The translations under genes were made by a program, and so were the position numbers. DNA of 64,000 bases, taken from contig OZ243913.1 of assembly GCA_965213705.1 (NCBI GenBank), positions 2,816,001 to 2,880,000 on the forward strand, in the 5' to 3' direction. Below are positions 14,461 to 24,413 of this stretch, piece by piece. The notes beneath the pieces were generated by a model. It was not told the origin of the DNA. It did not search any database and saw only the letters and a program-made list of their open reading frames with translations. How positions within the stretch are numbered: the stretch's first letter is position 1; every line of letters begins with the position of its first letter. This DNA comes from Trueperaceae bacterium. GTDB lineage: Bacteria > Deinococcota > Deinococci > Deinococcales > Trueperaceae.

Positions 14461-15759
14461 TTGCTGAGCGCGAACCACATCGCCGAAATTTTAAACGCCC
14501 CCCCGCCCCCGGCCGATTTTCCGGCGGTGCGGGGCGCGGCGTTCAACAGTGCGCGGGTGCGGCGCGGCGACGTGTTTTTCGCGCTGCCCGGTGCGGCGAC
14601 GCACGGGCTCAGGTTCGCGGACGCCGCGCTCGCCGAGGGCGCGGCTTTCGTGGTGTCGGACCAACCGCACGAACGCGGGCTGCAGGTCGCCGACCCGGCC
14701 GCGGCGCTGCTGACGCTCGGCCGCTGGGCGCGGGCGCGGCTGACCGGTCCGGTCGTCGGCGTGACCGGCTCGGTCGGCAAGACGACGACGAAAAGTTTTC
14801 TCGCCGCGGCCTTGAACGCGCCGAGCAGTCCGGGCAACTTCAACACGCCCTTGGCACTTGCCATGACCTTGTTCAATACTTACTTGGAAATGGGTAGCGA
14901 CATATCGCTCGTCCTCGAGCTTGGCATCGACCACGTCGGCGAGATGGCGCAACTCGTCGACGTGGTCGAGCCGAGCCACGGGGTACTGACCGCCGTAGCG
15001 GCAAGTCACTTGAAGGGTCTGGGCACGCTCGAGACGGTGGCTGCGGAAAAAAGCAAACTTCTTATAGCTGCGCAACATCGCTGGGCGAGCGTTCAGGCGG
15101 CCGAGTTCTTGAGCGATGGTTTGAGAAAGGGCGTCACCACCTACGGCGTAGAGCCCGAGACAGCCGACCAAAGCGGACGCGTCGTCGCCTCAAGCGCGGT
15201 GGGCCAGAGCGTCGAGTATCACGGCGTCACCTTCGAACTGCATTATCCCGGCGGGGCCGTCGCCCGCAACGCGGTCGCGGCGCTCGTCGTCGCGGAAGCG
15301 TTGGGATTTAACTTGCAAGAGGCCGCCGCCCGCCTCGAAGCGGTGAGGCTCGAGCCCGGCCGCTTGGCCCCCGTCCCCCTCGGCGGCGCGCTGCTGCTCG
15401 ACGACACTTACAACAGCAACCCGGCCTCGGCCGCCGAAGCCCTGGCGGTGTTGCGCGCCGCGAATCGGCCGCACACGGCAATTTTGGGCGACATGCTCGA
15501 GCTGGGCGCGGACTCCAAAACCCTGCACGAAGAGTTGGGACGGCGCACCCTCGGACTGGACCGCGTTGTCGCCATCGGCCCGGAGGCGGCGGCGCTCGCC
15601 GCGGGCAACCCGCAGACTGAAGTGTTCGCCTCGTTCGGCGAGGCGCTGTCGGTGTTGGCGGCGCTGCAACTGGAAGGCACGATTCTGGTTAAGGCTTCAC
15701 GGGGAATGCACTTCGAGCGCGTGGTTGAAGCCTTGCAAAAACAGCAGGTCCCGGCGTGA
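14461..15759 (+). CDS. murF: UDP-MurNAc-tripeptide D-Ala-D-Ala ligase MurF
   Basis: GVTGSVGKTTTK, NFNT, DDTYNSNP, LGDMLELG and VKASRG motifs. Confidence 0.93.
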   Translation: MLSANHIAEILNAPPPPADFPAVRGAAFNSARVRRGDVFFALPGAATHGLRFADAALAEGAAFVVSDQPHERGLQVADPAAALLTLGRWARARLTGPVVGVTGSVGKTTTKSFLAAALNAPSSPGNFNTPLALAMTLFNTYLEMGSDISLVLELGIDHVGEMAQLVDVVEPSHGVLTAVAASHLKGLGTLETVAAEKSKLLIAAQHRWASVQAAEFLSDGLRKGVTTYGVEPETADQSGRVVASSAVGQSVEYHGVTFELHYPGGAVARNAVAALVVAEALGFNLQEAAARLEAVRLEPGRLAPVPLGGALLLDDTYNSNPASAAEALAVLRAANRPHTAILGDMLELGADSKTLHEELGRRTLGLDRVVAIGPEAAALAAGNPQTEVFASFGEALSVLAALQLEGTILVKASRGMHFERVVEALQKQQVPA

Positions 15760-16667
15760 CGCTGCTGCTAAGCGCACTCGTATCCCTGCTACTCGTCGGC
15801 GTGTTCGTGCAACTCGCAAAGCGCTTCGGACTCGGCAAGAGCGTCCGCCGCGACGGGCCGAGCAGTCACCTCGCCAAAGAAGGCACGCCGACGATGGGCG
15901 GCGTCGCGTTTTTGACGGCGGCCGTTGCCGTGTGGTTACTCGCCGACCTCAAAACGACGGACGGCTTGTCGCTCGTGCTGCTTACCCTGGCAGCCGGGTT
16001 GTTGGGGTTGTACGACGACCTGCTCGCCCTGCGGCGCAAACGGCAAACGGCCGCGGGCGAGGACGCCTCGACCGGCCTGTTGGCGCGCTACCGGCTCATC
16101 GGCCAAGCTTTGGTCGCCCTGCTTTTTTCCATTTACGCCGTCCAGGTGGGGCGCGCGCTGTTCGGCCCCGATATTTTGGATGTTTTAGGCTTTACCTTTA
16201 TTATTATGGGCTCTATCAACGCGGTCAACTTTTCGGACGGGCTCGACGGGCTCGCCGCGGGCATGGTCGCGATTATGCTGCTGCCCTTTTTGGCGTTGCC
16301 GTTTGTGAGCGCCCTCGTCGGGTCGCTGCTCGGGTTTCTTTGGTACAACGGCAAACCCGCGAGGGTGTTTATGGGCGGCGTCGGCTCGGAAGCTTTGGGT
16401 GCGGCGCTCGTCGGGACGGCTATCTTGGCGGGGTGGGTGTGGTATCTTCCGCTGTTGGCCCTCGTGCCTGTTTTAGAGGTGCTGTCCGTTATGATTCAAG
16501 TCGTTTATTTTCGCGCCACCGGCGGCAAACGTTTTTTCAAAATGAGCCCGCTCCACCACCACTTCGAACTCAGCGGTTGGTCGGAAGGGCAAGTCGTCAT
16601 GCGCTTTTGGCTCGTCACCGCGGCGTGCGTCGCCCTCGCCTGGGGCCTAAAGGGTGGAACAGTATGA
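15756..16667 (+). CDS. mraY: Phospho-N-acetylmuramoyl-pentapeptide transferase MraY
   Basis: KEGTPTMGG, NAVNFSDGLDGL and PLHHHFE motifs. Confidence 0.97.
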   Translation: MTLLLSALVSLLLVGVFVQLAKRFGLGKSVRRDGPSSHLAKEGTPTMGGVAFLTAAVAVWLLADLKTTDGLSLVLLTLAAGLLGLYDDLLALRRKRQTAAGEDASTGLLARYRLIGQALVALLFSIYAVQVGRALFGPDILDVLGFTFIIMGSINAVNFSDGLDGLAAGMVAIMLLPFLALPFVSALVGSLLGFLWYNGKPARVFMGGVGSEALGAALVGTAILAGWVWYLPLLALVPVLEVLSVMIQVVYFRATGGKRFFKMSPLHHHFELSGWSEGQVVMRFWLVTAACVALAWGLKGGTV

Positions 16668-18097
16668 GAGCGCTCGTTTACGGACTCGGCCGGAGCGGTC
16701 TGGCAGTCAGTCGGTTGCTGGCGCGCCAAGGTCACGGCTTCGTCGCCTTTGACAACCGTTTAGCGGACGCCGACCGGACAGAGGTCGAGCGGCTGGGCGG
16801 CGAGGTCACTCAGCACCCTTTGGATGAAAACGTCGACATCTGCATCGCCGCGCCGGGTGTTCCCTACGACCATGCAGACTTGGTAGGTTTGCGGACGGGC
16901 GGGCTCGAGACCGTGGGCGAGGTCGAGTGGGTGTACCGCACGGTGGACGCGCCCATCGTCGGAATTACCGGGACGGCGGGCAAAACGTCGGCGACGCGCC
17001 TCCTCACCGACGTGTTGCAGGGGGCGGGCCTGGACGCCGTGGCGGGCGGCAACATCGACCCCGCCCTGGCGGAAGTTGCCGCGCCGGGCCGCACGCTCGT
17101 CACCGAACTGTCCTCGTTTCAGCTCGAGCGCTGCCCGACCCTCAAACCGCGCGTCGCCGTGGTGCTCAACTTAGGCGTCGACCACTTGGACCGGCACGGC
17201 AGCGTCGCGGCCTACCACGAGGCGAAGCGGGCCGTCACCCGCAACCAAACCGCCGCCGACCTGCTCGTCTACAACGCGGACGACCCGGTGTTGAGAGGGT
17301 GGGCCGCGCAGAGTGCGGCGCGCACGTCGGGGTTTTCGCTTACCGACACCGCCGCGGCGTGTCTCAAAAAAGACGCGCTCTGTCTGCACGGCGAGAAGCT
17401 GCTCGAGACCGCCGAGTTGTATTTGCAAGGCCGCCACCAATGGGGTAACGCGCTCGCCGTGGCGCTCGCGGCCATTGAACTCGGTGTGAACCGTGACGAG
17501 ATTGCCGACGGCCTCAAAAACTTTCAAGGTGTACCCGGTCGTTACGCACCTGCAGGTACGGTTGGCGGCGTGGGGTTCGTCGAAGACTCCATCGCGACGC
17601 GCACGCTCGCCGTTCGCGCGGCTTTAGAAGCGACGCCGGAACCGGTCGTGTGGATAGTTGGCGGCGTGGACAAGGGTGCGGACCTTGCCGACCTGCTCCC
17701 GCTCGTGCGGCAAAAAGTAAAGCTCGTCGTGGGCATAGGCGAAGCTGGGCCGGTGTTTACAGGGGCGTTTGCAGAAGTGACCGCCGCGGCCGTTTGCCGA
17801 CAGGCCGAGGGCGAGGCGGCCCTGGTGTGCGCTTGCCGGCGCGGGCTCGAGTTTTTGCGCTCAAACCACGGGGGCGCAGGTACTGTGTTGTTGGCTCCCC
17901 TAGGCGCGTCGTTCGACCAGTTCAAAGACTACCGCGAGCGCGCCGCCGTTTTCCGGCGTGTGGTCGCGTCTCTAAAAAACGAGTGGCACGCTGCAAAGTT
18001 GAAAAGTGAGTCAGAGGTGGCTGGGTCAGAGGTGGCTGGGTCAGAGGTGACTGGGTCGAAAAACATCGAGCTGGAGGACGCATGGACGTACCGCTGA
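16664..18097 (+). CDS. murD: UDP-MurNAc-L-Ala:D-Glu ligase MurD
   Basis: GLGRSG, GITGTAGKTS, ELSSFQL, DHLDRH and ASFDQF motifs. The start ATG overlaps the mraY stop. Confidence 0.94.
   Translation: MRALVYGLGRSGLAVSRLLARQGHGFVAFDNRLADADRTEVERLGGEVTQHPLDENVDICIAAPGVPYDHADLVGLRTGGLETVGEVEWVYRTVDAPIVGITGTAGKTSATRLLTDVLQGAGLDAVAGGNIDPALAEVAAPGRTLVTELSSFQLERCPTLKPRVAVVLNLGVDHLDRHGSVAAYHEAKRAVTRNQTAADLLVYNADDPVLRGWAAQSAARTSGFSLTDTAAACLKKDALCLHGEKLLETAELYLQGRHQWGNALAVALAAIELGVNRDEIADGLKNFQGVPGRYAPAGTVGGVGFVEDSIATRTLAVRAALEATPEPVVWIVGGVDKGADLADLLPLVRQKVKLVVGIGEAGPVFTGAFAEVTAAAVCRQAEGEAALVCACRRGLEFLRSNHGGAGTVLLAPLGASFDQFKDYRERAAVFRRVVASLKNEWHAAKLKSESEVAGSEVAGSEVTGSKNIELEDAWTYR
18010..18054 (+). repeat. 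15-bp tandem repeat x3 in the murD 3' end (SEVAG/SEVAG/SEVTG)
   Basis: GTCAGAGGTGGCTGG twice, then GTCAGAGGTGACTGG. Confidence 0.9.
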
Positions 18098-19134
18098 TTT
18101 TTGTCCAGCTCACGCTCGGCATGTTGGGCGTTCTCGGGGTGGCGGCGAGCCAGCCGGAGAGTTGGCTCGAGCAACTCCTGAACGTGGTTCTCGGGCTCAT
18201 GGTGGTGGTGGTGGTGTCCCGCTTCAAACCCAAAACGATCGTCAAACTCAGTCCTTACGGGTACGTGGGCGTGCTGCTGATGCTCGCGCTCGTGCTGGTC
18301 ATCGGCATTTCACCCGACGGCAGCGACAGCAAGCGCTGGCTTTCGCTCGGCTTCGGCACGGTTCAACCCTCGGAGTTTATGAAAGTAGCCGTCATCGCTT
18401 ACCTCAGCGCTTTTTTCCACAACCACTTGGGCAACTGGCAGATTTGGCGGCCGATGGTCGTCATCGGCATCGCTGCCGGTTTGATCGTCGCCGAGCCGAA
18501 CGTGAGCACGGCGCTGTTCGTCTTCGCGCTCGCTTTCGCCGTCATGATTGCCGCCGGGACGACGTTTTTGCGGCTGGCGAGTATCACCACCGCCGCCGCC
18601 ATCATCGCGACGCTGGTAGCGGGACCTTACTTGAGTCAGTACAGTTATATAAGCGACCGGTTCAAAGCCTACGCCGACATGCGCGGCGAACAGTCGCAGA
18701 CCGACACTATCAGCTATCAACCCCGGCAGGCGCAGCGCGCGCTCGTCAAGGCGGGTTTTTTCGGCATCGGGCCGGGTCGCCCCTTATCGGTCCCGGAAGC
18801 GGCCACCGACATGATAGCCATTTCGGTGGCTTATGCACTCGGGTTGAGCGGGGTGGCGGCACTGGTGGGTTTGTACCTCATCTTGGCGCTGCGCGGGTTG
18901 CGCGTCGCCGCGGCGCTGGCCGGGCCGGGCAGTTTGTTGGCGGCTGGGGCGACGACGTACATCTGCGCGCAAGCAGCGCTCAACCTGCTGGTCGCGTCGG
19001 GCTTGTTGCCGGTCACGGGCGTGGTGTTGCCGTTTGTAAGTCACGGGTTCAACAGTTTGATATCGGTGTCGGTGGCGATGGGTTTTTTGCACAGCGCCTA
19101 CCGCCAGGCGAGAGCCGAAGGGATAGCGGTATGA
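18082..19134 (+). CDS. ftsW: SEDS peptidoglycan polymerase FtsW
   Basis: SKRWL...QPSEFMK, PEAATD and LPFVSHG motifs; multi-TM. Confidence 0.9.
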   Translation: MDVPLIFVQLTLGMLGVLGVAASQPESWLEQLLNVVLGLMVVVVVSRFKPKTIVKLSPYGYVGVLLMLALVLVIGISPDGSDSKRWLSLGFGTVQPSEFMKVAVIAYLSAFFHNHLGNWQIWRPMVVIGIAAGLIVAEPNVSTALFVFALAFAVMIAAGTTFLRLASITTAAAIIATLVAGPYLSQYSYISDRFKAYADMRGEQSQTDTISYQPRQAQRALVKAGFFGIGPGRPLSVPEAATDMIAISVAYALGLSGVAALVGLYLILALRGLRVAAALAGPGSLLAAGATTYICAQAALNLLVASGLLPVTGVVLPFVSHGFNSLISVSVAMGFLHSAYRQARAEGIAV

Positions 19135-20231
19135 CCCGCATCCTGTTTGCGACCGGCGGGACCGGGGGCCACATCTATCCGGCGTTGAGCGTCGCCAAAG
19201 AGGCGCAAGCCAGAGGCTATCAGCCCGTCTTTTTGGGCGGCGCGGACGGCATGGAGGCGCGCGTGGTACCCGAGGCGGGTTTTGAATTTCACGGCGTGGC
19301 GACCGGCAAGTGGGACCGCTCGCGCCCCGACCCGCGGCAAGCGCTCAAAGCTGCCAGAGGTCTGGCGCAGGCCGTTCAAATCGTGAGGCGGACAGGGCCC
19401 CGCGTCGTCATCGGCTTCGGCGGTTTCGCGAGCTTTCCCGGTCTGGCGGCGGCGCGGCTGTTGGGCGTGCCCTACGTCCTGCACGAGGGCAACGCCTACC
19501 CCGGCAAGGTCACGAGGTGGCTCTCTAGCGGGGCCGCGGCGGTCGCGGTGTCGCACCGGGCCGCTGCGCCGCACCTGCCACAGGCCAAAAACATCGTCGT
19601 GACCGGTTTCCCGGTACGCGAAGAACGTGTGGGTAAAACGGAGGCTCGAGCGCGCCTAAATTTACCCGCAACCGGCCCGCTCACCTTTGTGATGGGCGGC
19701 TCGCAGGGCTCGGTGGTGCTGAACGAGGCGGTGCCCGCGGCGTTTGTAAACCTCGAAGCAGCCGGAACCGTGTTGCACAGCACGGGCCGCCGCTGGGAAG
19801 CGCAGGTTGAGAAGCGGACTCGAGACCTTGAGACCTACCACACGACCGGCTTTGCCGACGCGGTGCTCGCCTGGTCGGCGGCGGACGTGGCGATTACGAG
19901 GGCCGGAATAAGCACACTCTCCGAGGCTGCTTTCCACGGCGTCCCGGTCGTCATGGTGCCGCTGCCGAGTTCGGCCGAAAATCATCAACTGCACAACGCC
20001 CAAAACGTCGCCGCGGCGGGGGCGGGCTGGGTCGTCGAGGAGAGAGACTTGGAAAGCTTGAGCGCCGTCTGGCAACACGCTTTGCAGCCGGAGGTGTTGG
20101 AGCGCGCTCGGGCCGCTCGCAGCCTCTCTCCCCAAGGCGCGCCCGCCGCGCTCGTCGACCTCCTAGACGTGGTCCTTCACTCGGCACACTTGGCAGACAC
20201 GCCACGCCCGCAACCCCAGAAGTCCCTATGA
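19131..20231 (+). CDS. murG: Lipid II GlcNAc transferase MurG
   Basis: GGTGGHIYPA, HEGN, GGSQG and HQLHNA motifs. Confidence 0.96.
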   Translation: MTRILFATGGTGGHIYPALSVAKEAQARGYQPVFLGGADGMEARVVPEAGFEFHGVATGKWDRSRPDPRQALKAARGLAQAVQIVRRTGPRVVIGFGGFASFPGLAAARLLGVPYVLHEGNAYPGKVTRWLSSGAAAVAVSHRAAAPHLPQAKNIVVTGFPVREERVGKTEARARLNLPATGPLTFVMGGSQGSVVLNEAVPAAFVNLEAAGTVLHSTGRRWEAQVEKRTRDLETYHTTGFADAVLAWSAADVAITRAGISTLSEAAFHGVPVVMVPLPSSAENHQLHNAQNVAAAGAGWVVEERDLESLSAVWQHALQPEVLERARAARSLSPQGAPAALVDLLDVVLHSAHLADTPRPQPQKSL

Positions 20232-21628
20232 AACCTCACCTGCACTTTATGGGCATCGGCGGCATCAGCATGAGCGGCCTGGCGCGCTGGTACCAGGCCG
20301 ACGGCCACCGCGTCTCCGGCTGCGACAGCGCCTTGGGGCCGAACGTCGAGCGGTTGCGCAACGAGGGTATTTCGGTCGCCGTCGGCCACTCGCCCGACCA
20401 CCTGACCGACGTCGACGTTTTGGTCAGCACGATGGCCGTACCCAACGAGGCGATTCTCAACAGTTTCGAGGAAATCGGCGCGGCGCAAACGCTGGGCGTC
20501 AGGAGCATCAAACGCATCGAGCTGTTGGCCGACCTGTTCGAAAAACGCCGCGCGGTCGCGGTCACGGGAACGCACGGCAAGAGCACGACCTCGGGGATGT
20601 TGGCGACGATTTTTGTGATGGCGAAGCTCGACCCGTCGGTGCAACTCGGCGCGACGCTGCCCATCTTAGAAGGCGTGATGCGCTACGGCGGCGGCCCGCA
20701 CCTCGTCGCCGAGGTCGACGAGTCCGACCCCGGCTTCGCGCACCTGCGAGCCGACGTCGCGGTCATTACCAACTTGGAAGACGACCACGTCGCGGGCGAC
20801 TACAGCGAGCGGCGCAACTACCACGCGAGCTTCGCCGACTTGGAGGCCGCGACGCTGAGCTTCGCCCAAAAAGCGCGGCAGGTCGTGTACTGCCGCGACT
20901 GGCCGGGGTTGCGAAGAATCGTCGGCGGGACGAACGCCGTGTCCTACGGCTTGGACGCAGAAGCGGACTACCGCGTTCGGGACCTGGTGCTGGCCCACGA
21001 CGCCAGCACCTTCACGCTCACCTCGCCGGAGGGGCACAGCGTGGCGGTCGAACTCGCTATTCCGGGCCGCTACAACGTGCAAAACGCGGCGGCGGCGCTC
21101 ACGGCCGCCCACCTCTCCGGCGTCGCCCTGGAAACGGCCGCCGCCGCCCTGGCGAGTTTCGGCGGCGTCGGGCGGCGCTGGCAGCGCTGGGGCAACGTGG
21201 CGGGCGCGCTCGTTATCGACGACTACGCCCACCACCCGACCGAAGTCGCGGCGACCCTCACCGCCGCCAAAAATACCGGGCGGCGGGTGCGCGCCGTGCT
21301 ACAGCCGCACCGCTGGATTCGCACCGCCCGCCTTTGGCCCGCGCTCGCCGACGCCGCGGCTCTAGCCGACGAAATTCTCGTGCTGGACATTTACGCCGCG
21401 GGCGAGGCGGAAATTCCGGGGGTGTCGCCCCACTTAATCGTCGAGCGCCTAAAGGCGGCGGGCAAGGCGGCGAGCTACCACAGTTTCGCCTCGGCGCAGA
21501 GTTACTTGCGAGGCTCGTTGCAAGAGGACGACCTCGTCATCACCTTGGGCGCGGGCGACGTGTGGCGCGTTGCGGCCGAACTCGTCTCCAATCCGCCAAT
21601 TGCGGAGGGTGTTCGTGCCCACCGCTGA
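20228..21628 (+). CDS. murC: UDP-MurNAc:L-Ala ligase MurC
   Basis: HFMGIGGISMSGLA, GTHGKSTT, EVDESD, DDYAHHPTE and QPHR motifs. Confidence 0.96.
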   Translation: MKPHLHFMGIGGISMSGLARWYQADGHRVSGCDSALGPNVERLRNEGISVAVGHSPDHLTDVDVLVSTMAVPNEAILNSFEEIGAAQTLGVRSIKRIELLADLFEKRRAVAVTGTHGKSTTSGMLATIFVMAKLDPSVQLGATLPILEGVMRYGGGPHLVAEVDESDPGFAHLRADVAVITNLEDDHVAGDYSERRNYHASFADLEAATLSFAQKARQVVYCRDWPGLRRIVGGTNAVSYGLDAEADYRVRDLVLAHDASTFTLTSPEGHSVAVELAIPGRYNVQNAAAALTAAHLSGVALETAAAALASFGGVGRRWQRWGNVAGALVIDDYAHHPTEVAATLTAAKNTGRRVRAVLQPHRWIRTARLWPALADAAALADEILVLDIYAAGEAEIPGVSPHLIVERLKAAGKAASYHSFASAQSYLRGSLQEDDLVITLGAGDVWRVAAELVSNPPIAEGVRAHR

Positions 21629-22463
21629 CACCCCCACCCTCCAGCGCCGCGTCGACTTGGCGGCTTACACGACCCTGAGAGTCGGCGGCCCGACCGAGCT
21701 GTGGGAGGTTCAGGGTGAACGCGACTTGCGCGAGGCGACGCGCGAACCCTACCGTGTCCTCGGGGCCGGGTCGAACCTGCTCGTCGCCGACGCGGGCGTA
21801 CCCGAGCGCGTCGTGAAGTTAGGCCGGGCCTACAACAGCCTGGGTGACTTCGCCGGGCAAACCGACCTGTGGCTCGGCGCGGCCACACCGTTGCCGGGAC
21901 TGGTGCGGCGCGCGGCTCGAGCCGGACTCTCAGGATTGGAGGGCTTGTGGGGCGTGCCTGCCGTTTTGGGCGGGGCCGTCGCCATGAACGCAGGCACCCG
22001 CTACGGCGAGATGAGCGACACCTTGCAGGAGGTCGAGGTTTTCGTAGACGGTAAGGCAGAACGGCTACCGGCCGACGCTCTCGGTTTGCGCTACCGCCAC
22101 AGCGCCTTGCCGCCCGGCGCGATTGTCACGCGGGCGCGGCTCAAACTCACGCCGTCCAGCCCCGGAAAGGTCGCGGCCCGCCTCGCCGAGGTCGACGCGG
22201 CGCGCAAGAGTCAGCCCAAAGTCAAGTCGGCGGGCTGCGCGTTCAAAAACCCGCCCGGCGACAGCGCCGGGCGACTCATCGACCGGGCCGGACTCAAAGG
22301 CCTGCGCGTCGGCGACGCGCTGGTGGCCGAGGAGCACGGCAACTTCGTGGTGAACGCGGGCCGCGCGACCGCGCGAGACGTCCTGGAACTGACGAGGCTG
22401 GTCCAGGCGCAGGTCGAGGTGCCGCTGGAACTCGAGTGGCAGCTGTGGGGATTCGGGGCGTGA
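21615..22463 (+). CDS. murB: UDP-N-acetylenolpyruvoylglucosamine reductase MurB
   Basis: TTLRVGG, GAGSNLL, GGAVAMNAG and SAGCAFKNP motifs; start codon uncertain. Confidence 0.94.
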   Translation: MPTADTPTLQRRVDLAAYTTLRVGGPTELWEVQGERDLREATREPYRVLGAGSNLLVADAGVPERVVKLGRAYNSLGDFAGQTDLWLGAATPLPGLVRRAARAGLSGLEGLWGVPAVLGGAVAMNAGTRYGEMSDTLQEVEVFVDGKAERLPADALGLRYRHSALPPGAIVTRARLKLTPSSPGKVAARLAEVDAARKSQPKVKSAGCAFKNPPGDSAGRLIDRAGLKGLRVGDALVAEEHGNFVVNAGRATARDVLELTRLVQAQVEVPLELEWQLWGFGA

Positions 22464-23083
22464 GGACGCGGCGAGCGAAAACGCGGCGCAGGTGGATGGT
22501 GGGCGCGCTCGCGCTGCTCATGGTAGTCGTCGCCGCCAGCCGTTTCTACCCCACCCTGAACCGGGTCGAAACTATCGGCAACCGCCACTACAGCGCCGCC
22601 GAGGTGATGACTTTGGCGAACACCGAGCCGGGCGACCCCTTTTTCTGGATTATCAAAAGTCGCGTCGCCAAGCTCGTCCAAGACCCGTGGATTGAGAGCG
22701 CCCGCGTCTACCGCCACTGGCCGGACACGGTTGCCATCACCGTGGTCGAGCGCCAGCCCGCCGTGACGGTCGACGGGGCCGTTTACGCCCTCGACGGAAC
22801 CTTGTTGCCGAACGCGGCGGAAGCCGAGCAGGACGGTCTTGTCACGATAACGGGCTGGGGTGAGGACCGTGTTGAGGAGGCTTTCGAACTCTTGCGTCAA
22901 CTGGCAGACTATCAGCCCAAGATGTTAAGCTACTCGCCAGCAGGATTCACGATTCAGCTTGCCACAACTGAAGTTTTTACACCCTCGGTTGACGCGTTGA
23001 GAGCGAACTGGGCGAGCTTTTTAAGTCAACAAGGGACGCGCGTCGCCGTTTATCCCTGGGGAGTGAGCGCAGCACATGACTGA
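22460..23083 (+). CDS. ftsQ: Cell division protein FtsQ/DivIB
   Basis: TM helix plus POTRA domain (PWIESARVYRHWPDTVAITVVER), located before ftsA. Confidence 0.85.
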   Translation: MRTRRAKTRRRWMVGALALLMVVVAASRFYPTLNRVETIGNRHYSAAEVMTLANTEPGDPFFWIIKSRVAKLVQDPWIESARVYRHWPDTVAITVVERQPAVTVDGAVYALDGTLLPNAAEAEQDGLVTITGWGEDRVEEAFELLRQLADYQPKMLSYSPAGFTIQLATTEVFTPSVDALRANWASFLSQQGTRVAVYPWGVSAAHD

Positions 23084-24323
23084 CGAACGCATCATCGTCG
23101 GACTCGACATCGGTACGACCAAAATCTGCACCGTCATCGGCGAAATCGCCAGTGACGGCGTGCTTGACATCATCGGCGAGGGCACGGTGCCGAGCGACGG
23201 CCTGCGCAAGGGCGTGGTCGTGAATTTGGAACGCACCATCGCCTCGGTGCGGCAGTCCATCGCCGCGGCCGAACGGGTCGCGGGCGTCGAGGTCGAGAGC
23301 GCCTGGCTCGGCGTGGCGGGCAGCCACCTCAAAGCCCTGACCAGTCACGGCATGGCCGCGATTCGGCGCGGTCAAGAAATCTTGCCCGGCGACGTGGAAC
23401 GCACCATCGAAAACGCTCGAGCCGTGCCCCTAGAAGCCAACATGGACATCATCCACGTCATCCCGCAAGAATACGTCGTAGACGGCAACGAGGGCATCAA
23501 AGACCCGGTCGGCATGTCGGGCGTGCGCCTGGAGGTCGACGTCCACATCATCGCCGGGGCACAAGGGCCGCTGCAAAACCTGAAACGCTGCGCGCGCGAC
23601 GCGGGCGTCGAGGTCGAGGGGATGGTCGTCCAGGCACTCGCCTCGGGCCTGGCCGTGCTCGACGAGGGCGAGGTCGAAGTCACCACGCTCCTCATCGACA
23701 TCGGCGGCGGCACCACGGACGTCGGCGTGTTTCGCCGCGGCACGCTGGCCCACTCGGCGGTCATTCCTTTAGGCGGCGACCACATTACCCAGGACATCTC
23801 GCAACTCTTGCGCATCCCCCCCGACGAAGCCGAGCGGGTCAAAAAACGCTACGGGGTCGCCATCCCCGACATGGCGGACAGAGAGGTCATATTGGAGGTC
23901 GCCAACCCGAACTTCACCACGTCTTTGACCACCTTTGAACTCGCCCAAGTGATTCGCCCGCGCGTCATCGAAATTTTGGACCTCGTCAAGCAAAACATCG
24001 AGCAGCGGATGGGGGCGTTGGAGCTGCTAGCGGGCAACGTGGTCATTACCGGCGGCGCGTCGCTCATGCCGGGGCTCGACCAGGTCGCCACCGACCGCTT
24101 CCGGCTGCCGGTGCGCACCGGCAAACCGCACGGCGTCTCGGGCCTCACCGACGTGGTGGCGAGTCCCGCGCACGCGACGGCCGTCGGCTTGGTCCGCTAC
24201 GGGATGCAGCACTGGCACCCGCAACCTGCGCGCCGCGCGCGCCCGACCGCGACGGGGCCGGCGGTCGAAAGTTTCAACACGCTTATTTCCAGGGCCCGCA
24301 ATCTTTTGAAGGATTTCTTTTAG
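23076..24323 (+). CDS. ftsA: Cell division protein FtsA
   Basis: GLDIGTTKI, IDIGGGTTD and VITGGAS motifs. Confidence 0.97.
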   Translation: MTDERIIVGLDIGTTKICTVIGEIASDGVLDIIGEGTVPSDGLRKGVVVNLERTIASVRQSIAAAERVAGVEVESAWLGVAGSHLKALTSHGMAAIRRGQEILPGDVERTIENARAVPLEANMDIIHVIPQEYVVDGNEGIKDPVGMSGVRLEVDVHIIAGAQGPLQNLKRCARDAGVEVEGMVVQALASGLAVLDEGEVEVTTLLIDIGGGTTDVGVFRRGTLAHSAVIPLGGDHITQDISQLLRIPPDEAERVKKRYGVAIPDMADREVILEVANPNFTTSLTTFELAQVIRPRVIEILDLVKQNIEQRMGALELLAGNVVITGGASLMPGLDQVATDRFRLPVRTGKPHGVSGLTDVVASPAHATAVGLVRYGMQHWHPQPARRARPTATGPAVESFNTLISRARNLLKDFF

Positions 24324-24413
24324 TAGTTCAGAGGTATCATCTGTGATTTACTCACAGATGTTCCTCGCATTCGTTTAGACCTCACGCCTCGAGACCGTAA
24401 AAAGGAGCACACC

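Noticed and set aside
15566..20231. Apparent giant 843-aa MurD and 689-aa MurG fusions
   Set aside because: The N-terminal extensions overlap mraY and ftsW in another frame; the true starts are at 16664 and 19131.
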